A stretch of 64,000 nucleotides of DNA from Eledone cirrhosa (lineage: Eukaryota), in assembly GCA_964016885.1 (NCBI GenBank), contig OZ024757.1, positions 13,020,001-13,084,000 on the forward strand, given 5' to 3'. Numbering within the stretch: the first letter of the stretch is position 1; the number at the start of each line of letters is the position of its first letter. A model generated the notes under the pieces. It saw only the letters and a list, made by a program, of their open reading frames with translations, made no database searches and was not told the origin of the DNA. Positions 41,501 through 53,376 of the stretch are shown here, piece after piece. The position numbers and the translations under genes were made by a program.

Positions 41501-44500
41501 GAAAAAAATTAATATGCGTTTTTCAAATTGCGTTTTTCGAAATATTGACTTCTGATGTCGAAAACAGATCTTTTTAGGTTTTTCGAAAAAAATTTAATTT
41601 GCAAAATTTGAAACCAGAAAGTAAATATTTCAAATTTTTTAGAAATATTAACTTTTCGAAAACTGATTTTTTTAGGTTTTTCGAAAAAAATTTAATCTGC
41701 AAAATTTGAAACCAGAAAGTAGATATTTCGAAAGATTTGTAAAAGCATTAATTTTTTACGTTTTTTTTAGATTTCGTAATGCTAACAATCAGAAAAACTT
41801 AAAAAGATTAATGCAGAAGTATATATTTCGACTATGAACTCACATTCATTCTTTTTCGAAAAACCTAAAAAAATTGATTATATAAGGTTTTCGAAAAACC
41901 TAAAAAAATCAATATTTGAAATCAGATATAAATATTTCTAAAAGTATAAAGAAATTGATTATATAAAAAAATATTGATTATATAAAAAATATTGATTATA
42001 TGAAATAATTATTTTTCGAAAAAAAATTAATATGCGTTTTTCAAATTGCGTTTTTCGAAATATTAACTTCTGATTTCGAAAACTGATTTTTTTAGGTTTT
42101 TCGAAAAAAATTTAATCTACAAAATTTGAAACCAGACAGTAGATATTTTGAAAGATTTGTAAAAGCATTAATTTTTTACGTTTTTTTTAGATTTCGAAAC
42201 ATACAAAATGTAAAAAGATTAATACAGAAACATGAAAAATGTAAAAAGATTAATACAGAAGTATATATTTCGACTATGAACTCACATTCATTCTTTTTCG
42301 AAAAACCTAAAAAAATTGATTATATAAGGTTTTCGAAAAACCTAAAAAAATCAATATTTGAAATCAGATATAAATATTTCTAAAAGTATAAAAAAATTGA
42401 TTATATAAAAAAATATTGATTATATAAAAAATATTGATTATATAAAAAAATTATTTTTCGAAAAAAAATTAATATGCGTTTTTGAAATTGCGTTTTTCGA
42501 AATATTAACTGTTGATTTCGAAAACTGATTTTTTTAGGTTTTTCGAAAAAAATTTAATCTGCAAAATTTGAAACCAGAAAGTAAATGTAAAAGCATGTTT
42601 TTTTTACGTTTTCGAAACATGCAAAAAATCAGAAAAAGATTAATACAGAAGTATATATTTCGACTATGAATTCACTTTCATTCTTTTTCGAAAAACCTAA
42701 AAAAATCAATATTTGAAATCAGATATAAATATTTATAAAAAAATTGATTATATAAGGTTTTCGAAAAAAATTAATATGCGTTTTTCAAATTGCGTTTTTC
42801 GAAATATTAGCTTCTGATTTCGAAAACTTATTTTTTTAGGTTTTTCGAAAAAAATTTAATCTGCAAAATTTGAAACCAGAAAGTTTCGAAAGATTTGTAA
42901 AAGCATGTTTTTTTTACGTTTTCGAAACATGCAAAAAATCAGAAAAAGATTAATACAGAAGTATATATTTCGACTATGAACTCACATTCATTCTTTTTCG
43001 AAAAACCTAAAAAAATTGATTATATAAGGTTTTCGAAAAACCTAAAAAAATCAATATTTGAAATCAGATATAAATATTTATAAAAAAATTGATTATATAA
43101 GGTTTTCGAAAAAAATTAATATGCGTTTTTCAAATTGCGTTTTTCGAAATATTAACTTCTGATTTCGAAAACTTATTTTTTTTTAGGTTTTTCGAAAAAA
43201 ATTTAATCTGCAAAATTTGAAACCAGAAAGTAGATATTTCGAAATTTTTGTAAAAGCATTAATTTTTTACTTTTTTTTTAGATTTCGAAAATGCTAACAA
43301 TCAGAAAAACGTAAAAAGATTAATGCAGAAGTATATATTTCGACTCACATTCATTCTTTCTCGAAAAACCTAAAAAAATCAATATTTGAAATCAGATATA
43401 AATATTTCTAAAAGTATAAAAAAATTGATTATATAATGTTTTCGAAAAAAAATTAATATGCGTTTTTCAAATTGCGTTTTTCAAAACTGATTTTTTTAGG
43501 TTTTTCGAATATTTCGAAAGATTTGTAAAAGCATGTTTTTTTCACGTTTTTGAAACATGCAAAAAATCAGAAAAAGATTAATACAGAAGTATATATTTCG
43601 ACTATGAACTCAAATTCATTCTTGTTCCAAAGGTTTTCGAAAAAAAATTAATATGCGTTTTTCAAATTGCTTTTTTCGAAATATTAACTTCTGATTTTGA
43701 AAACTGATTTTTTTAGGTTTTTCGAAAAAAATTTAATGTACAAAATTTAAAACCAGAAAGTAAATATTTCTAAAGATTTGTAAAAGCATTAATTTTTTAT
43801 GTTTTTTTTTAGATAGAAAAACGTAAAAAGAAATATTTCGACTATGAACTCACATTCATTCTTTTTCGAAAAAACTAAAAAAAATTTATTACATAAGGTT
43901 TTCGAAAAACCTAAAAAAAATCAATATTTGAAATCAGATATAAATATTTCTAAAAGTATAAAAAAATTGATTATATAAGGTTTTCGAAAAAAAATTAATA
44001 TGCGTTTTTCGAATTGCGTTTTTCGAAATATTAACTTCTGATTTTGAAAACTTATTTTTTTAGGTTTTTCGAAAAAAATTTAATCTGCAAAATTTGAAAC
44101 CAGAAAGTAGATATTTCGAAAGATTTGTAAAAGCATTAATTTTTTACGTTTTTTTTTAGATTTCGAAACATGCAAAATGTAAAAAGATTAATACAGAAAC
44201 ATGAAAAATGTAAAAAGATTAATACAGAAGTATATATTTCGACTATGAACTCAGATTCATTCTTTTTCGAAAAACCTAAAAAAATTGATTATATAAGGTT
44301 TTCGAAAAACCTAAAAATATCAATATTTGAAATCAGATATAAATATTTATAAAAAAATTGATTATATAAGGTTTTCGAAAAAAAATTAATATGCGTTTTT
44401 CAAATTGCGTTTTTCGAAATATTAACTTCTGATTTCGAAAACTGATTTTTTTAGGTTTTTCGAAAAAAATTTAATCTGCAGAATTTGAAACCAGAAAGTA

Positions 44501-47500
44501 GATATTTCGAAAGATTTGTAAAAGCATTAATTTTTTACGTTTTTTTTAGATTTCGAAACATGAAAAATGTAAAAAGATTAATACAGAAGTATATATTTCG
44601 ACTATGAACTCAGATTCATTCTTTTTCGAAAAACCTAAAAAAATTGATTATATAAGGTTTTCGAAAAACCTAAAAAAATCAATATTTGAAATCATATATA
44701 AATATTTATAAAAAAATTGATTATATAAGGTTTTCGAAAAAAAATTAATATGCGTTTTTCAAATTGCGTTTTTCGAAATATTAACTTCTGATTTCGAAAA
44801 CTGATTTTTTTAGGTTTTTTGAAAAAAATTTAATCTGCAAAATTTGAAACCAGAAAGTAGATATTTCGAAAGAATTGTAAAAGCATTAATTTTTTACGTT
44901 TTATTTCGAAAATGCTAACAATCAGAAAAACATAAAAGGATTAATGCAGAAGTATATATTTCGACTATGAACTCACATTCATTCTTTTTCGAAAAACCTA
45001 AAAAAATTGATTATATAAGGTTTTCGAAAAACCTAAAAAAATCAATATTTGAAATCAGATATAAATATTTCTAAAAGTATAAAAAAATTGATTATATAAA
45101 AAAATATTGATTATATAAAAAATATTGATTATATAAAATAATTATTTTTCGAAAAAAAATTAATATGCGTTTTTCAAATTGCGTTTTTGGAAAAAAAATT
45201 TAATCTGCAAAATTTGAAACCAGAAAGTAAATATTTCGAAAGAATTGTAAAAGCATTAATTTTTTACGTTTTTTTTTAGATAGAAAAACCTAAAAAGATT
45301 AATGCAGAAATATATATTTCGACTATGAACTCACATTCATTCTTTTTCGAATAAACTAAATAAAATTTATTACATAAGGTTTTCGAAAAACCTAAAAAAA
45401 TCAATATTTGAAATCAGATATAAATATTTCTAAAAGTATAAAAAAAATTGATTATATAAGGTTTTCGAAAAACCTAAAAAAATCAATATTTGAAATCAGA
45501 TATAAATATTTATAAAAAAATTGATTATATAAGGTTTTCGAAAAATATTAATATGCGTTTTTCAAATTGCGTTTTTCGAAATATTAACTTCTGATTTCGA
45601 AAACTGATTTTTTTAGGTTTTTCGAAAAAAATTTAATCTGCAAAATTTGAAACCAGAAAGTAGATATTTCGAAAGATTTGTAAAAGCATTAATTTTTTTA
45701 CGTTTTTTTTAGATTTCGAAAATGCTAACAATCAGAAAAACGTAAAAAGATTAATGCAGAAGTATATATTTCGACTATGAACTCACATTCATTCTTTTTC
45801 GAAAAACCTCAAAAAATCAATATTTGAAATCAGATATAAATATTTCTAAAAGTATAAAAAAATTGATTATATAAGGTTTTCGAAAAAAAATTAATATGCA
45901 TTTTTCAAATTGCGTTTTTCAAAATATTAACTTCTAATTTCGAAAACTGATTTTTTTAGGTTTTTCGAATATTTCGAAAGATTTGTAAAAGCATGTTTTT
46001 TTTACGTTTTCGAAACATGCAAAAAATCAGAAAAAGATTAATACAGAAGTATATATTTCGACTATGAACTCAAATTCATTCTTGTTCGAAAAACCTAAAA
46101 AAAAATTGATTATATAAGGTTTTCGAAAAACCTAAAAAAATCAATATTTGAAATCAGATATAAATATTTATAAAAAAATTGATTATATAAGGTTTTCGAA
46201 AAAAATTAATATGCGTTTTTCAAATTGCGCTTTTCAAAATATTAACTTCTGATTTCGAAAACTGATTATTTTAGGTTTTTCGAAAAAAATTTAACCTGCA
46301 AAATTTGAAATCAGAAAGTAAATATTTCGAAAGATTTGTAAAAGCATTAATTTTTTACGTTTTCTAAAAAGATTTCGGAACATGCAAAAAATCAGAAAAA
46401 CGTAAAAAGATTAATGCAGAAGTATATATTTCGACTTAACTCACATTCATTCTTTTTCGAAAAAACTAAAAAAATTGATTATATAAGGTTTTCGAAAAAC
46501 TTAAAAAAATCAATATTTGAAATCAGATATAAATATTTCTAAAAGTATAAAAAAATTGATTATATAATGTTTTCGAAAAAAAATTAATATGCGTTTTTCA
46601 AACGTTAGACTTAGACTTAGACTTAAACCACAACTCCAAGTCTTAGAATTAAACCATAACCACAAGGCTTAGACATAAACCCCAACCCCAAGCCTTAGAT
46701 TTAGGCTTAAACACCAACTCCTAGCCTTAGACTTAACTTAAACCCCAACCCCAAGCCTTTGACTTAGACTTAAACCCAAGCCTTAGACTTAGACTTAAAC
46801 CCCAACACCAAGCCTTAGACATAAACCCTAACCCCAAGCCTTAGACTTAAACCCCAACCCAAAGCCTTTGACTTAGACTTAACCCCAAACCCAAAGCCTT
46901 AGACATAGACTTAAACCTCAACCCAAAGCCTTAGATTTAGACGTAATCCCCAACTCCAAGACTCAGAATTAAACCATAACCACCAGCCAAACGCCTAGCC
47001 TTAGAGTTAGACTTAAACCCCAAACCCAATGACTTAGACTTAGAAACCAACCCCAAGCCTTAGACATAGTTTAAAACCCCAACCCTACGCCTTAGACTTA
47101 GACATGAGCCCCAACTCCTAGACTTAGATTTAAAGTTAAACCCCAACACCAAGCTTTTGTCTTAGTCTTAAACCTCAACCGCAAGCCTTAGATTTAGACT
47201 TAAACCTGAACCCCAAGCCGTACACTTAAATCACAAGAACAAGCCTTAGACTTAGACTTACACCCCAACCCTAAGTCTTAGACTTAGACTTAAACCCAAA
47301 CCCCAAGCCTAAGACATGGACTTAAACCCCAGCACCAACACTTAGACTTAAACCCCAACCACAAGCCATAGACTTAAACTTAAACCTCTACCCAAAGCCT
47401 TAGAATTAGACTTAAACCCCAAACCAAAGCTTTAGACTTAAAATTAATCCCAACCCCAAGCCTTAGACATAGACTTAAACCTCAACCCAAAGCCTTAGAC

Positions 47501-50500
47501 TTAAACCCTAACCGCAAGCCTTAGACTTAGACTTAAACCCCAACGCCATGCCTTAGATTTAGATTTACACCCCAGCCCCTTACCTTAGACGTAAACTTAA
47601 ACCCAAACCCCAAGCCCTAGACATAGACTTAAACCTCAGAACCAACACTTAGACTTACTCACCAACACAAGCCATAGACTTAGACTTAAACCTCTACCCA
47701 GAGCCTTAGAATTAGACTTAAGCCCCAACCTCAAGTCTTAGACGTAGACACTAACCCCAAAGCAAAGCCTTAGACTTAGAATTAAACCAAAACCCCAAGC
47801 CTTATACATAGACTTAAACCACAACACCAAGCCTTAGAATTAAACCCTAATAACAAGCCTTAGTCTTACAACCTAACACCAATCCCAAGCCTTAGCCCAA
47901 CCCGTAAACCTAAACTCCAACCAAAGTCTTAGACTTAGACTTAAACCCCAACCCCAAGCCTTAGACTTAGACTTAAACCCCAATCCCAAGCCTTAGACTT
48001 AGACTTAAACCCCAACCTCAAGTCTTAGAATTAAACCCTAATAACAAGCCTTAGACTTACAACCTAACACCAACCCCAAGCCTTAGACTTAGACTTAAAC
48101 CCCAATCCCAAGCCTTAGACTTAGACTTAAACCCCAATCCCAAGCCTTAGACTTAGACTTAAACCCCAACCTCAAGTCTTAGAATTAAACCCTAATAACA
48201 AGCCTTAGACTTACAACCTAACACCAACCCCAAGCCTTAGACATAGACTTAAACCCCAACCCCAAGTTTAAACTTCGACATAAAACACAACCACAAGAAT
48301 TAGACTTAGATTTAAACCCCAACCTGAAGCCTTAGACTTAGATTTAAACGCCAAGCCATAGACGTAGATTTAAAACCCAACCTCAAGCATTAGACGTAGA
48401 GTTAAACCCCAACCCTAAGCCTTAGACTTAAACTTAAACCTCAACCCAAAGCCTTAGACTTAGACTTAAAACCCAACCACAAGACTTAGACTCAGACTTA
48501 AACCCCAACCCCAATTCTTAGTCTTAGATTTAAACCCCGCTCACTAGTATAAGACTTAGACATAAACCGCAACTCCAAGCCTTAAAATTAAACCATAACC
48601 ACAAGCCGTGGTCTTACACCCAACACAAAGCCTTAGACATAGATTTCAACCCCAACCCTAAGCCTTAGAGATAGACTTAAACCCCAACACCAAGCCTTAG
48701 AGATAGACTTACTTAAAGCCATCACCAAGCCTTAGACTTAAACCCAAGCCCCAACCCTTAGACTTAGACATAAAACCAAAACAAAAGCCTTAGACATAGA
48801 CTTAAATCCCAACACCAAGCCTTAGACATAGACTTAAACCCCAACCCCAAGCCTTACACTTAGACTTAAACACAAACCGCAAGCCTCAGACTTAGACTTA
48901 ACGCCTGACACTAAGCATTAAAATTAGACTTAAACCCGAAATCCAAGCCTTAGACTTAGACTTAAAGCCCAAATCCAAGCCTTAGCCTAAAACCCTAACC
49001 CCAAGCCTTAGACTTAAATCCTAACACTAACCCTTAGACTTAGACTTAAACCACAAACCCAAGCCTTATACCCCAACAACAAGATTTAGAGTTAAATGCC
49101 AACCCCAAGCCTTAGACTTAGACTTAAACCCCAAACCCAAGCCTTAGGCTTAGATATAAACGCCCCCCAATCCTTAGACTTAGACTTAAACCCCAAATCC
49201 AAGCCCTAGACTTAAACCCTAACAGCAAGCCTTAGACTTAAATCCTAACACCAACCCTTAGACTTAGACTTAAACCACAAACCCAAGCCTTAGACTTAGA
49301 CTTAAACCCCAACCCCTACCCTTAGACGTAAAATTAAACCTCAACTCAAAGACTTAGACTTAAACCCCAAACTCAAGCCTTAGACGTAGACTTAAACTCC
49401 AACCCCAAGTCTTAGAATTAAATCCTAACCCAAACCCAAGCTTTAGACTTAGACATAAACCCTAACGCCAAGCATTAGACTTAGACTTAAACTCCAAACC
49501 CAAGCCTTAGATTTAGACTTAAACCCCAACCCCAAGCCTCAGATTTAGACTTGAACCCTAACCCCAAGTCTTAGACTTAAATTCTAAACTTAGACTGAGA
49601 CTTAAACACCAAACATAACCCTTAGTCTTAGACTTAAAACCCAACCCCAAGCCTTAGATTTAGACTTGAACCCCACCCACTAGCGTTTGACTTAGCCTTA
49701 AACCCCAACACTCATCCTTAGATTTAAATCCTAACCCTTAGACTTAAACCCCAACTCCAAGCCTTAGAATTAAACCATAACCACAAGTCGTAGACTTAAA
49801 TCCAACACCATGCCTAAGATTTAGAGTTAAACCCTAACCCCAAGCCTTAGACGTAAACTCTAACCTTAGACTTAGACTTAAACCCCAACCACAAGCCTTA
49901 GACTTAGACTTAAACCCCAACTCCAAGCCCTAGAATTAAACAATTACAACAAGCCGTAATATTAAACCCAACACCAAGTCTTAGGGTTACACTTAAACCC
50001 CAACGCCAACCCTTAGACATAGATTTAAACCCCAACCCTAAGCTTTAGTCTTAGACTTAAACCCAAACCACAAGACTTAGACTTAAACTTAAACCCCAAC
50101 CACAAGACTTAGACTTACAATTAAACCCCAAACCGAAGCCTTAGACTTAGACTTAAACCCGAACCCCAAGCCTTAGACTTAGACTTAATACCCAACCTTA
50201 AACCTTAGACATAGATTTAATCCCCAACATTAAGCTTTAGACTTAAACTTAAACGCCAAGCCTTAGACATAGATTTAAACCGCACCCACAAGCCTTAGAC
50301 TTAGATTTAAACCCCAGGCCCAACATTTGAGTTAGACTTGAAGCCCAAGCGCAAGCGTTAGACTTAGACTTGAACCTCAACCACAAGCATAAAACTTAGA
50401 CATAAAACCCAACCCCAAAACTTAGACTTAGAATTAAACCCCAACCCCAGGCCTTAGACTTAAACTTAAACGTCAACACAAAGCCTTAGACTTGGACTTA

Positions 50501-51480
50501 AACCCCAACCCCAAGACTTAGATTTAGACTTAAACCCAAACCCCAAGCCTTTGACTTAAACCCTAACCCCAAGCCTTAGACTTAAATCCTAAACCAACCA
50601 TTATACTTAAACCACAAACTCAAGCCTTAGAGTTAGACTTAAACCCCAACACCAATCCTTAGAGTTTGACTTAAGCCCCAACCCCCAGCCTTAGACATAG
50701 ATTTAAACCCCAACCCTAAGCTTTAGACTTAGGCTAAAACGCCAAACCCAAGCCTTAGGCTTAGACATAAACGCCCCCTCCCTCCAAGCCTTAGACTTAG
50801 ACTTAAAGCCCAAATCCAAGCCTTAGAGTTAAACCCCAACCACAAGCCTTAGACTTAAATGCCAACCCCAAGCCTTAGACTTAGACTTAAACCCCAAACC
50901 CAAGCCTTAGGCTTAGACTTAAACGGCCCCCAATCCTTAGACTTAGACTTAAACCCCAAATTCAAGCCTTAGAATTAAACCCTAACAGCAAGCTTTAGAC
51001 TTAAATCCTAACAACAACCCTTAGACTTAGACTTAAACCCCAAACTCATGCCTTAGACATAGACTTAAACCCTAACCATAAGCCTTAGATAAGGCTTAAA
51101 ACCCAAACCCAAGCCTCAGATTTAGACTTAAAACTTAACCCCAAGCCTTAGACTTAGACTTAAACCCCAACTAAACTTAGACTTAGACTTAAACCCCAAC
51201 TCCAAGCCCTAGAATTAAACAATTACCACAAGCCGTAGAATTAAACCCAACACCAAGTCTTAGGGATACACTTAAACCCCAACTCCAACCGTTAGTCATA
51301 GATTTACACCCCAACCCTAAGCTTTAGATTTAGACTTAAAGCCAAACCACAAGACTTAGACTTAGACTTAAGCCCGAAACCCAAGCCTTAGACTTAGACT
51401 TAAACCCCAATCCCAAGCCTTTCATTTAGGCTTAAACGCCAACCTAAAGCCTTAGATTTAAACTTAAAACCAACCACAAG

Positions 51481-51510
51481 CCTAACCCTAACTCTAACCC
51501 TAACCCTAAC
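51481..51510 (-). repeat. Short near-perfect (TTAGGG)5 tract on the minus strand
   Basis: The + strand reads CCTAAC CCTAAC TCTAAC CCTAAC CCTAAC (one mismatch). Confidence 0.9.
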
Positions 51511-53346
51511 CACAAGCCGTAGACTTAAATCCAACACCAAGCCTTATAGTTAGACTTAAACCAAAACCCCAAATATTAGACATAGAACCCCAACCTTAAG
51601 CCTTAGACTTAGAATTAAACCCCAACCCCAAGCCTTAGACATACACTTAAACCCCAACCCCAAAACATAGATTAAGACTTAAACCTCAACCACTAGCATT
51701 AGACTTAGACTTAAAGCCATCACCAACCCTTAGACTTAAAGCGTAAGCCTTAGCCTTTAGACTTAAACTCAAAACCCAAGCCTTAGACTTAAACCCTAAC
51801 CCGAAGCCTTAGATTGAAATCCTAAACCAACCCTTAGACTTAGACTTAAACCCCAAACCCAAGCCTTAGGTTTAGACATACACGCCACCCCCCAAAGCCT
51901 TAGACTTAGACTTAAACCCCAAATCCAAGCCTTAGACTTAAACACTAACCGCAAGTCTTAGACTTAAATCCTAAAACCAACTCTTAGATTTAGACTGAAA
52001 CCTCAAACCCAAGCTTTAGACTTAGACTTAAACCGCAACCCCTAACCTTAGACGTAATATTAGACCCCAATTCCAAGACTTAGTCTTAAACCCCAACCCC
52101 AAGCCTTAGACTTAGACTTAAACCCTAACCCTTTGCCTTAGACTTAGACATAAACCCCAACACCTATCCTTAGATTTAAATCCTAACCCTTAGATTTAAA
52201 CCCCATAACAAGTCTTAGACTTAGACTTAGACTTAGACTTAAACCCCAAAACCAAGCCTTAGACTCAGACTTAAACCCCAAACATACGCCTTAGACTTAG
52301 ACTTAAAACCCAACCCCAAGCCTTAGACTTGAACCCCACCCACTAGCATTAGACTTAGACTTAAACCCCAACTCCAAGCCCTAGAATTAAACCATTACCA
52401 CAAGCCGTAGAGGTAAACCCAACACCAAGTCTTAGGGTTAGACTTAAACCCCAACCCCAACCCTTAGACATAGATTTAAACACCAACCCTAAGACTTAGA
52501 CTAAACCCAAACCACAAGACTTAGACTTAGACTTAAACCCGAAACCCAAGCCTTAGACTTAGACTTAAACGCCAACCCAAAGCCTTAGATTTAAACTTAA
52601 AACCCGAACCCTATGCCTTAGACTTAGACTTAAACGCCAACCCAAAGCCTTAGATTTAGACTTAAACCCGAACTCCAAGCATTAGACATAGACTTAATCC
52701 CCAACATTAAGCTTTAGACTTAGACTTAAACCCCAAGCATTAGACATAGATTTAAATCCCAACCACAAGCCATAGACTTAGACTTAAACCCCAACGCCAA
52801 GCCTTAGACTTAGATTTAAACCCGAAACCCAAGCCTTACTCTTAGACTTAAACCCCACCCACTAGTATTAGACTTAGACATAAACCCCAAACCCAAGACT
52901 TAGAATATAAACCATAACCACAAGCCGTAGACATAAACCCAACACCAAGTCTTAGAGTTAGACTTAAACCACAACCCCAACCCTTAGACATAGATTTAAA
53001 CCCCAACCCCAAGCTTTAGACGTAGTCTTAAACCCCAACCTCAAAACATAGTCTTAAACCTCAACCACTATCATTAGAATTATACTTAAAGCCAACACCA
53101 TGCCTTAGACTTAAACCGTAATCCCAAGCCTTAGACATAGACTTAAATCCAACAACAAGCCTTAGACTTAGATTTAAACACCAACTGCCAGCCTCAGACT
53201 TAGATTTAAAGCCGAACACGAAGCCTTAAAATTAGACTTAAACCCGAAATCCATGATTTAGACTTAGATTTAAACCCCAATCCCAAGCCTTAGACTTAGA
53301 CTTAAACCCGAAGCCCAAGTCTTACACTTAAACCTCAAACCCATAA

Positions 53347-53376
53347 CCCCCCCCCCCCAGAAAAAGAAAAGAAAAG
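53347..53376. other. Low-complexity interruption C12-AG-AAAAAG-AAAAG-AAAAG within the minisatellite
   Basis: Read directly; it does not fit the hexamer pattern of the array. Confidence 0.85.

Larger units (their letters stand above)
25021..42860. repeat. Large higher-order tandem duplication, copy B (~17.8 kb; lacks 1049 bp present in copy A)
   Basis: Rare variants occur in the same order as in copy A, e.g. TTCGAACGAAAATGCT at ~7760/~26600, palindrome at 20761/38551, TGAATTCACTTTC at ~24877/~42667. The offset changes from 18839 to 17790 around 28800-28970. Confidence 0.93.
1..46602. repeat. AT-rich satellite array, head-to-tail monomers of ~300-410 bp (typically ~350 bp; roughly 130 copies), running off the left edge of the window
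   Basis: Landmarks TATGCGTTTTTCAAATTGCG, AATCTGCAAAATTTGAAACCAG and GACTATGAACTCA[C/G]ATTCATTC recur in one orientation throughout (TATGCG at 81, 461, 841, ~1186, ~1578...). Copy number is estimated from array length divided by monomer size. Confidence 0.98.

Noticed and set aside
1357-44352. Dozens of near-identical 60-88 aa ORFs (MQNVKRLIQKHEK..., MKPESRYFERF...)
   Set aside because: They are chance open frames in one satellite subtype. The K/F/I/N-rich composition mirrors the A/T tracts, many start at TTG, frames open and close with homopolymer length, and no domain is recognisable. They were used only as positional landmarks.
1-46602. TTCGAA arrays as heat-shock elements
   Set aside because: A canonical HSE needs inverted nGAAn pentamers (TTCnnGAA). 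Here TTC and GAA abut, and there is no gene nearby.
1-46602. Organellar control region or viral repeat origin, suggested by extreme AT content and hairpins
   Set aside because: There are no tRNA, rRNA or gene fragments, and the scale and higher-order structure fit nuclear satellite DNA better.
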